Below, piece after piece: positions 11,905-22,053 of a DNA stretch of 64,000 nt. The notes below the pieces were generated by a model. It did no database searches, was not told where the DNA came from, and saw only the letters and a program-made list of their open reading frames with translations. Made by a program: the position numbers and the translations under genes. Position 1 is the first letter of the stretch. Every line of letters starts with the position of its first letter. The DNA is from Lytechinus pictus (Eukaryota): positions 3,846,001 through 3,910,000 of the forward strand of contig NC_087245.1 in NCBI RefSeq assembly GCF_037042905.1, given 5' to 3'.

Positions 11905-14755
11905 TTTTTTTAATGCCCCCGCAGACGAAATCCGGAGGGGGCATTAAGCGTTGCCCCTATCCGTCCGTCCTTCCAATCCGTCCTTCTGTCCGTCTGTCCC
12001 CCCACTTGGTTTCCGCGCAATAACTCGCAAAATAATGGATTTAAAATTTTTTGGTGTATAGGTAGATGACACCAAAATACAGGCTAGGTTCAAATTCGGA
12101 GTCCGCAGGTCAAAGGTCATTAAATATGCGAGTCGGTTTCCGCATGATACAATTAGCATGAATGACAAAAGCCACCACTTCCGCCAGTACACTGCAGTGC
12201 TCACACGTGTGTGGAACGTCCCGGCAGGCTAATTAGACAAATTAGCCTCTTTGTCTAGAACGGTAACTTACGCCAGATATTGCTGAGTTGGAAGCCGCTG
12301 TCTTGAGGAACAGTGTATGTTCCTCAATCTCCAACGCTTCTCTGACTCTCCGCTGATGCCAGTAGGGGACACAGGTGACTAGTCTACTTTCATCCCAAAG
12401 GATCCGGTGATCATGCTTATGAGCAAGATCGATGATTGCAGACTTGTCCCTCTCGTCTCTCCTACCATTGGCCTTGTGTTCCTTAATCCGAGTGTTAAAG
12501 GAACGACCCGTCTCGCCGATGTAAACTTTACCGCATTCACAAGGGAGTCAGGGAGGTCCTTGGAGTTGCGCTTGTCTTTATGGGTAGTGAGGGCAGATTG
12601 AAGCTTATTTGAGGAACTATGACGAACCTCAATGTCGGCTTCTCTCAAAATCCTCTGAATCTTGTAACAGGCTACTCCCAGATATGGAAGAACGACTCTC
12701 GCCTTGGGCTGTTCTGCATGAGGGTTCCACGAGGGGGGAAGCTCTGTGCAGATCTTATGTGAGGGGTAGTTGTTGCATTTCAAAACACGTTTGATATTCT
12801 CAAGCTCACCTCTCGGGTGGATCTGGTCACTAACCTCATGGGCTCGTTCAACTAACGTCTTGTTGATGGATCTCAGCACTGATGGGTGGTGGAATGAACA
12901 ATAGTTCAAGTACCGATCAGTGTGAGTAGGTTTGCGATAAACCTGATAGGATAGGGATCCCTGTGCCGTCCTCGTAATCTTTGTATCAAGAAAGGGGATA
13001 GACCCCTCATTCTCTATTTCCATGGTGAACTTGATATGCTCGTGTTGAGAGTTGAGGTGCTGTATTAAGAAATTGCTAGTTTCCTCAGCTCCATGTTGCC
13101 AAACCACAAAAGTGTTGTCCACATATCTAAGCCACACTTTGGGTTTATGGGTTGCTGACTGGAGAGCTGTCTCCTCGAAATGTTCCATGAACATGTTGGC
13201 TACCACTGGGGACAGGGGAGACCCCATGGCAGCCCCCTCCGTTTGCCTGTAGAATGTATCTCTCCATCTGAAAGAGGTGGAATTGAGGCACATCTCAAGC
13301 AGGTCATGGATCTCTAAGGGAGACAACTGTGTCCTGTCAGGGAGAGTTCTGTCAAATTTCAATCTGTCAAGGATGATGGCGCAAGCATCCTTAACTGGTA
13401 CACTCGTGAACAGTAACTCAACATCAAAGCTGATGAGGTTATTGCTAGAGACGGTCATTTGACAGATCTGCTCAACGAAATGTTTAGAGTTTCTCACGTG
13501 ATGTACGCCCTGACCAATAAGAGGCTGTAAGATGTTGGTCAACTGCTGAGCCAATACGTACGTGGGAGATCCTCTAGTAGACACAATAGGTCTGAGTGGA
13601 GTATCTGGTTAATGAAAGTTCGGTTACCAAAGATTATGGGACAGACCAGACGAGCTCCGGAGTTGTCGTTAAAGGGGTCTAGATAAGACATCCTTCCTCT
13701 GGAGAGAGAGGAGCTTATCGTTAACCCTACATGTATGCTCAATGGCTGGTGTGGGGTCTCTAGGAAGTTTCCTATAAGTCCCCAAATCCAGAAGTAGTAG
13801 CATTATGAAATATTCAACAGATTAAAAAAAATTTGGGTGTGTGGGTAGATGACACCAAAATACAGGCTAAGTTCGAACTCGGAGTCCGCAGGTCAAAGGT
13901 CACAGCTCATTAAATATGTGTGTTGGTTAACTTGGTTTCCGCGTGATAAGTAATGAAATATTCAACATATTTCAAAAAAATTGGGTGTGTAGGTAGATGA
14001 CACCAAAATACAGGCTAAGTTCGAACTCGGAGTCCGCAGGTCAAAGGTCACAGCTCATTAAATATGTGTGTTGGTTTCCGCGTGATAACTAATGAAATAT
14101 TCAACATATTTTAAAAAAATTGGGTGTGTAGGTAGATGATACCAAACTACATGCTAAGTTCGCATGACAACCCATTGGTGAATGTATTCCCAACCTATTT
14201 CTCAGATCACTCACTTGTTAATATCACCTTTGTTTCATGCTAATGCAAGATGAATGACTTCACATATTTAGCTGATACTTGGAAAAAGGAGTAAAATGAA
14301 ATATATGAGTGACATTAATCAATCCCAGTTCAAGACACTGCTTTGGACTTGGATATCTAAAATCTGAGCGTCATCGAGATATGCTCCCCCTACCAGAAGA
14401 TCCCAGTCCTGCTCGAATGTCCAGCTGCGGAACTCGAAGACATAAACAATCCGCGATACTACACATTGTGTCTGTGTTGAATTCAAAATGATTCTGTATT
14501 GAAAAAAATTGATGAGACAGCAAGACCACATTTCCATATGACACAATGAAGTGAGGAAATATCCACATCAAATGACCTGACTGTCATATTATGGAAAGGG
14601 TGAGTCCTTAGGTCAAAGGTCTAGATTTGTTCATTTTATACATGTATCTGCATATTGGTTTCTGCACGATATTAAGTTCAATCATATTGAATGAATTTCT
14701 TTAATCGCGTAAAGCGGGGGCATCTGTGTCCTTTGGACACGTCAAATTTCTGGTT
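11905..14755 (+). mobile_element. HINE/DINE-1-like element, family B (hosts the Penelope copy)
   Basis: 5' TAATGCCCCCGC...GGGGGCATTA, (CCGT)n-like tract, ~140-148 bp tandem units on both sides of the Penelope insertion, then 3' GCGGGGGCAT and hairpin GTGTCC-TTT-GGACAC (14726-14740). Confidence 0.8.
12150..13794 (-). mobile_element. Decayed Penelope-like retroelement (RT + GIY-YIG endonuclease)
   Basis: ORF 12379-13584 has SFDV..LFTSVP, GAAMGSPLSPVVANMFM, RYVDN (catalytic YVDD mutated), PFLD and YRKPTHTDRYLN. After a frameshift it reads PCECGKVYIGETGRSFNTRIKEHK...QDSGFQLSNIWRKLPF* (stop at 12255-12257). Upstream remnants PDTPLRPIV and LLDLGTYRKLPRDPT are present. Confidence 0.92.
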
Positions 14756-16657
14756 TCTTTCTCTTTCCCCTATATTTTTTTTTCTCCGCCTTTGCGGGAA
14801 GGACGGGGGGGAGGGGAGCATGGCTACTTCGGCCCCTTGGATCTGTCAATGATATAAAAAATTTAAAAAAATTGTATCATTTCTCAGCAAGCTGCAAAGT
14901 GGTGTCGTGTGCAGGTTTGGATCTTCTCAATATAAAATGTCCCATGATGATTAAACAGGAATTGTGCAGGAACTTTAAATTCACATATATGCAAATTAGG
15001 CTTTAGTTCATGTTTATTTTGAAAAATGTTACAACTGTACTTTAAACACTGATAATAAATAGGCATTGAGGGTTAACTGGTGGGGTAAAAAATAAAGACA
15101 AAAAATAAAAAAAATGAAAATAAAAATATTCACCCAAAGTTGCTGAAATTTCACATTTTGCATATTTCAAATCAATACATCTATGAAATGGCCATCTGTT
15201 TTCCATATTTCCTTGAAATTATTTTGATATTAGTTGGAAACTACAAAGATTATTATCTATATAGTGTGTTTTAGCACTTCATTTTGAAGCAATGACCCTT
15301 ATTTTTTCTATTATTTTCATTATTTTTTTGCTTGTCACATTTTTCATAAAAATAGCATCTCCTTTACCCCCCCCCCCTACATTGTAGATCCACAGCAGAC
15401 AGTTGGCACCCTGTAAAAGTCTGTCACAGTTTCCACATGTGGTAAACATATACAGTGACATTTATTATTCTGTGGGATTTGCAATTCCTTGAAAGAACTT
15501 AATTTATTTTTTTAAGTACAGATGTACATGTAATTTGTATTGTAAATTTATTTATGAAAGTTCAAAGTAAAGAAGGAATGTAGACAGGGATCACAGGACT
15601 GTAAATACATTAAAAGACTTGTCAAAAACAAAATAATAAAATTGATAATATAACAATAATATTAGTTGACCAAAAAAAGTTTAATGTCCACATCTTTTTC
15701 TGTTAAATTTTTTTTGTATTCCGCATCAAACAATGTGTGAATCACTTAAATTCACAGTATATTTTGTATTAAGACAATACTATGAAGCAATTGATCTGTA
15801 CAACTTTCAACAATACTTGACCTTTAATCTGTCACCGGAGGTCAGAAGATGTGGTGAATTCCTGCTCGTCCTCAGTTTTTGTGTCAACTATAGAAAAGTC
15901 TGGTCGGAAATCTAATAACAGGAAAAGCGGTGACTCAGATTTCCTGTAACTTTGAATGTTTGGGGGAATGATTTTGCCAGTGTTATTCCTATTGTGGTGT
16001 GATAGGGATTGTACATTGCATGTTTTTGATTTGCACTTGTATGCACTTCAGTAGAAACACTGTGTACTTCTTTGATATATTGAATACTGCACCCAAACAT
16101 TTTAACAGAGGAAGCTCTTCTTAAGTTTGGAAGAGGGTGTTATGTTTCCACAGCATTTCGAAGGATGTGGATTGTGGACTACTACAAGCAGCTTCATGTA
16201 GGCCTACATGTACATTTATGCTTGTAGAGTACATTGAGTTTGTCTGGTGCTTACCGTACGTGTTGTGTGGAGGTGACATTCTTCTATAGAGCAGGACATT
16301 GAATTCAGCTGTTGATATGATTGCAAAACTTTTCTTTGACATATTCCCGATAAAATGAATTGCATTGCATCATAGACAATCTGTGTTTTTTTTTCTCTGC
16401 AAATGTGCTTTAATATTATATTCTTCAATACCACTTTATACGAGGATCTACATTGAATTGGAGACTTGATTTGAAGAGAAAGTAGTAACTTTGAGCAAGA
16501 AATATGTTCACTACGCCAGCTATACGATCTCAATCAAAACGTAGAACCACCATGACGACGACCATGATGTCAGTTGAAGACCGTCTTAAGTACCACATAG
16601 AAAAGACTTACAATGAATCTCTTCTCTTTCCTCCTCCTACTTATCCACCTGATCTAG

Positions 16658-16819
16658 ACCAATGCCGCCAAGTTCCGCAGAGAGGACCATGTAACATGCA
16701 GGAGAAGCGTTTCTTCTATAATCTCACAAGTTCTAGCTGTCAGGAATTCATCTATGGAGGCTGTGATGGCAATGACAACCGTTTTATGGATTCAGAATCC
16801 TGCATGGATGCATGTAAAG
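16658..16819 (+). CDS. BPTI/Kunitz domain exon (phase 1-1), putative juxtamembrane exon of the ALK4/5/7 receptor
   Basis: Encodes (D)QCRQVPQRGPCNMQEKRFFYNLTSSSCQEFIYGGCDGNDNRFMDSESCMDACK, with six Cys at exact BPTI spacing plus FxYGGC and GNxNxF motifs. Preceded by a pyrimidine tract and ctAG (16621-16657), followed by G|GTAACT. Length 162 nt, in frame with the TM exon. A weaker in-phase acceptor exists at 16600/16601. Confidence 0.85.
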
Positions 16820-18775
16820 GTAACTTTTATTCTTATCAAGTTTAACTGTTTGATCTCCCTTGAGTTCCTTTTTAATGAAGGCATACAATGTACATGGGAA
16901 AGTTAAGTTGCATTCATTAAATTTCTTGTTAATTTTACGTGTCTACACTTGGCAAATTGTGACTACCACATACATGTATATATATTTTTTTATTATGATC
17001 CTACTCCTACCATATTTCTTGATTATGTCTGTTATTTTTCAGCGTTCATAACTAAAATTCAATTGATTGCATTTTTAGTTTGGTAGCAGAGGATCCATGA
17101 TTTGTGGTTTAGCCAGGTATTTAATTTGATAGCTCTAAGGAGTCAGAGTCAAATGCCAAAAGTCATAGGTCCCAGTCATAGGTGTATATTGAAGAAAGTT
17201 AAAATTCTTCACAAATTGCATCATGTCATTATCTTTTTTTTTCTTTGGATATAATAAAGAGCTATTAAATTGGCAATGAATATTTTAAAATCTGTTTTCA
17301 ATGGCCAACTTCTAAGCATATTTTTTTCAATTCATTGTTACATGAAGAGTAGAAAATAATTTTTAAAGGCCTAGTCTACTGAAAACATGAAAACAAAGTT
17401 GATGTGAATAATTCAGGTAAAATCAGATAATGCTATTATTGATGATAATTTTTTAATATAATTTTTACATGACTGAATGGTTCAATCAGATTTTCACCCA
17501 TAAGACCATAAGACTATTATAACGTACTTTACATGTCGTCCATGAGTTTAACAAAGTTTCTACAGTTCAGGTATACATGTATGTGTACATGTAATTCCAT
17601 CAATGACAAATGTACATGTAGGTTCAAGTTTTGCCTATGAGCTTCTCCATACAGGTATAAACACAGGAAAACAATGTAAGGCTTAACCACAAATCTATTG
17701 TCTGTTTCATGGGGATATATATGTTTCTACATGTACATGTGCAATGTAACTTGAAACTGTGACAATTGCAACATTTCCACTGTCTATGGAAATAAATACA
17801 GTAGTTTGTTCTTTCTTTCCTTAATACAGACGACAAAATGTAGGCCTACGTGTATTGCATGTGTACATGTAGGCCTTGTACTTTGCCTGTCTCTCTCACA
17901 TCCTTCCTATATATCCCATCTGATGCGCGATAGGGGGGGGGTGTACATGTAGTTTGTTAGGACAGTCGTTTGTTTAATAATAATAGTGTCTACATGTTTC
18001 TTTATTAAAAGGGGAAGTTCATGCTTGTGTGAAGCTGTAGAAGTTTAAAAATGTTGAGTATTAGGTAACATCAAAATGGATTATAGAGTAGGGGTCCTAC
18101 ATTGTACATGTAGTTCTGCCTGTGACTTGATTGAAATAAGATAAGCCCATATTAAAAATGGTGCATTTATACTAAATTTCAGATTTGCTTTGATACTGCT
18201 TTGGAATGGCCAGCCTGCATTGCATTTTAATACACATTGGGCAATAAAACACCACATCAATGCAGCATCAAAGTAATTACAAGTAGTGGTATTTGTAGAC
18301 TTATCCCATCATGAAGGATTGAGACAATACACCCACTTTGTCTTGATCTGTGTGACCTTTATTATGACAAGGTCATAGTGATGGAGGAGCTTACTTATCT
18401 TGTCTAGACATGGTTCCTTTGGGCTTCATTTAATCTACACTTTTCTATCCTACTTAGATACATACATGTACATGTGGCTTTCAAGACTTTTTTCAAACCA
18501 CCAATGTTCAAGAGTTTTGGTGTTTTTTTTCTTTAAAAATTACTATCTGTCTTAACACAAACATGCAATCCTGGAAACGGTGTGTTCTAAAATGGGTTTC
18601 TGAAGACCAGCATAATTTACATGTAAACCTTGATGGAACTCAATCATGATTTTGTTTCAGCTTCCACAATCCCAACTCTCACGCTTACAAAAATTACAGA
18701 ATTCTGCAGCCCGTATTCAGTTCCAGTTCTGTCCTCACTGCATTGGTTACCCATCGAGTACCGTATTGTATTTAA

Positions 18776-19373
18776 AGGTCAAGTCCACCCCAGAAAAAAG
18801 TTTATTTGAATAAATAGATAAAAATCAAATACGAATAACGCTGAAAAATTCATCAAAATCGGATGTAAAATAAGATGACATTTTAAAGTTTCGCTTATTT
18901 TTCACAAAACAGTTATATGCACAGTTCAGTGATATGCAAATGAGAGAGTCGATGATGTCACTCACTCACGATTTCTTTTGTTTTTTATTGTTTGAATTAT
19001 ACAATATTTCAACTTTTACGAATTTGACAAATGGGACCCTCTTGTTTGAAACACAAAATGTTAAAACAATGGAATCCCACATGTTTAGGGAGGAATGATT
19101 TTTTTTTCACATGGCAATGAGGAGAAAATTAAAGTATTTCATATTTCACATAATAAAATACAAAAGAAATAGAGAGTGAGTAATGTCATGGGTCCCCTCA
19201 TTTGCATATCAACCAGGATGTGCATATAACTGTTTTGTGAAATTAAGCAAAACTTAAAAATGTCATTACTTTCTTATTTTAGATCGGATTTTGATGACAC
19301 CTTTTTAGCGTTATGCTTAGTCTGATTTTTCTCTTTCTATTCAAAGCAGCTTTTGTTGGGGTGGACTTATCCT
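18776..19373. mobile_element. Kolobok-like MITE with TTAA TSD, same family as 5921-6525
   Basis: ttaa|AGGTCAAGTCCACCCC...GGGGTGGACTTATCCT|ttaa, inserted in the L2 reading frame at RIVFK. Confidence 0.85.
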
Positions 19374-19859
19374 TTAAGTTATTATTGTTAGTTTTTCACT
19401 GTATCCATGGATCTGCCCCAGAATGTTGATGCCATACAATCCTCCTTGACGTTTAAGATCTGATTCAAAATTGCTTGCAGTTCCTAAATCAAAGAAATAT
19501 TTCATATTTCACATTATAAAATACAAAAGAAATAGAGAGTGAGTGATGTAATGGGTCCTTTTCATTTGCATATCAACCAGGATGTGCATATAACTGTTTT
19601 GTGAAATTAAGCAAAACTTAAAAATGTCAATACTTTCTTATTTTAGATCGGATTTTGATGACATTTTCAGCGTTATGCTTGTCTGATTTTTCTCTTTCTA
19701 TTCAAAGCAGCTTTTGTTGGGGTGGACTTGTCCTTTAAGTTATTATTGTTAGTTTTTCACTGTATCCATGGATCTGCCCCAGAATGTTGATGCCATACAA
19801 TCCTCCTCGACGTTTAAGATCTGATTCAAAATTGCTTGCAGTTCCTAAATCCAAGAAAT
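19135..19859 (+). repeat. Tandem duplication, ~363 bp x2
   Basis: 19135-19497 is repeated at 19498-19859 and spans the MITE/L2 junction. Confidence 0.85.
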
Positions 19860-21745
19860 CATGGGGGGATCGGTCATTTGCACATGCTGGACCATCCTTG
19901 TGGAATCAGTTGCCATTTTCCATTCGTAGTATTTCAAATTTCAATTTCAAAATTGCTCTTAAAACCCATTTGTTTAAAATTGCCTTCCAGTAGTTTCCTT
20001 TCATTGTCATGACTGTGCTTCTTTTATCCTTGTCCCTTCCTGCTCCATGCATTTTTTCTCTTATTTCCTTTTTGCAGCGCCTTGAGCACATAATCAATGT
20101 GGATTTGGCGCTTTAGAAATACTCTATATTATTATTCTTCTTTGAGATACATTCAGGGCTCAAAACTAACCCCTTTTTCTACTGGTCCAATCTGTTCATG
20201 TCAGACCAGTAGATTCCTGGTTTTCCATTTTTTACTGTCCCAAACTTAAAATTTATTGGTCCCCCAAAATAAAGAAAAACATAAAAAAGTTTATTTTGCT
20301 GTCTTTTGTTGCTTTTTTGCCCCCTAAAAAACCCATACAAACAAACAGTACACACACACACCCAATGCATGAGAGCCATTTTCAAAGATGCAAGTGCCAT
20401 ATTTATAATTTGCAAAAGAAGAGAAAATATCAGTTTTATCAGTTTGATATATTTTTTACTGTTATGTCGGACCAGTAAATCTGGCTATTTCTGAAAAGTT
20501 ACTGGACTGACACCAATTTTTAATGGTCTGCGACTGGTGCCAGTGTAGTGCACTGCATAGGCCTATGGTTGGAGCATGCATTGCATTCAAAGTTTCCTTG
20601 GGCAACCTGTACAGTGTTTTGGCTTCTAAGGGAGAATCAGATATGATGAAAAAAAAAATTGCCTGAATGCTGATTTGCGATTCATGTTTGTGGTAACAGC
20701 TTCATGAAAAAAATGAAATAAAATGAATGTACATTGAGTTCATTGAATGTACTATCTGTGCTAATTTAAACAATTGCTAGTATTATAACTGCATCAACAT
20801 ATATTTACATGGTAAAAAGCCATGTCCAACGATTGCCTTTGTGTGTGAGCCTATTCTAATATGTACTTTTAATAGGTACACCACACTGAATGGATTCACT
20901 GACCCAGATTGGTAGTTGATGTGCTCAGCAAGCACAATATCTTGTTGCTATGGGGACATTCTCAGCATAAGGCGGTGGGGTCAAAGGTTTCATGCACAAT
21001 TTGAAGCCAAGGTAGACTTTTGTCTTGCCTTTGAATTCATACTGATTTCTTACCCAACAGATGGACCTTCCTGGATCAGTGACATTCACAATTTGTTCTG
21101 AACTGGTTAAATAGGCAAAATGATTGTAAAAACCATGTGGAAAGTGTGGTTTAGTGAACTGCTTTAGAATATCACATTCTGAAATGTCAATTCCAAGATT
21201 GATTGGGGTAGGGGGCTTGAAAGTCCTTATTGTGTAATTAGAAAGTATCCATCAACAGGACTGCATGAATGCAGGTTACATATCATTTCACTTCTAAGGA
21301 CAACATGTACTGAGTGGTATATGGAGGAAGTCCTTGATCACCTTCATATGTACGTATAACAAGAATAGTACATATGTATTATATCATTTTAAAAATAATT
21401 TCTTATACACATAAAGAATTTTTGAATCAATAGCTCGAATGTATTTTGTTCGTCTGGAGAAACATATTATTCACAGTTTTTTTTTCTGTCAGGCTTTAAG
21501 GTTACTCCTTATTTTTCACATGTACGTGGAGACAGTGTTTAAGTAATTGTTCCAGAAACTTGTCCCCAAACTCTTGAATTTGTGATTTCGTTTTATTTTT
21601 TTATTATTTTGTAATGACTCTAATTAGCTCTTTTTTAAGTACTAGTACTAAATTATTTTTCAGCGTGTCCATAATCCTTTTGAATAAGCTCTTGATCCAG
21701 TAACGTAAAGTCATCATTTTTTTGTTTTGCCTCTTTATTTTCCAG

Positions 21746-21985
21746 ATTACAGGGTAGGTGGACCTGAGTCAGGTATAAGCATTGCTGGTGTAGCAGCACT
21801 GGTGGCAGGACCTATATGTCTGATCTGCATATCAGTGACAATCTACCTACTCCTTAGACAGAGCCCAGGATGTAGAGATGATGGTCGTGGTCAGATGCTT
21901 GATAATGGATCAAAGGATAATCTGATCAAATCTCCACAGCTCAGTGATCTGGTAGTGGATCCAACCACATCTGGATCAGGATCAG
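21746..21985 (+). CDS. alk4/5/7: ALK4/5/7 type I receptor exon: transmembrane helix and start of GS box
   Basis: ttttccAG acceptor. Encodes (D)YRVGGPESGISIAGVAALVAGPICLICISVTIYLLLRQ...DPTTSGSGS(G), compare TGFBR1 LAAVIAGPVC and TTSGSGSG. Donor G|GTAAAA. Confidence 0.95.
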
Positions 21986-22053
21986 GTAAAATAATAAAAA
22001 ATATTCTGGAAAGAAAATAAACCATGGAAGATATAGGAATAACATACAGCAGA

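Larger units (their letters stand above)
18660..20136 (+). mobile_element. 3' fragment of an L2/CR1-group LINE, interrupted by a Kolobok-like MITE and a tandem duplication
   Basis: Remnant peptides LQKLQNSAAR, LHWLPIEYRIVFK, RLRS and GDRSFAHAGPSLWNQLP..IR....FK..LKTHLF are typical of the L2 ORF2 C-terminus. 3' tail AGCGCCTTGAGCAC...GGCGCT followed by (TAT)n. Confidence 0.85.

Noticed and set aside
12150..12255. Hammerhead ribozyme expected in Penelope terminal repeats
   Set aside because: No CTGANGA...GAAA core was found on the element strand. The copy appears truncated.
12379..13584. 401-aa RT ORF as an active or domesticated gene
   Set aside because: YVDD is changed to YVDN, frameshifts flank the ORF, and the first GIY motif is deleted.
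16504..16657. ORF extension upstream of the Kunitz domain, read as a stand-alone secreted inhibitor gene
   Set aside because: There is no signal peptide, the FPPPTYPP codons are the polypyrimidine tract, and a donor follows the last Cys. An internal exon fits better.
20916..21101. ORF with CCYGD as a possible receptor ectodomain exon
   Set aside because: It lacks the CCx4-5CN box and the other Cys spacing, and no convincing splice sites were found.
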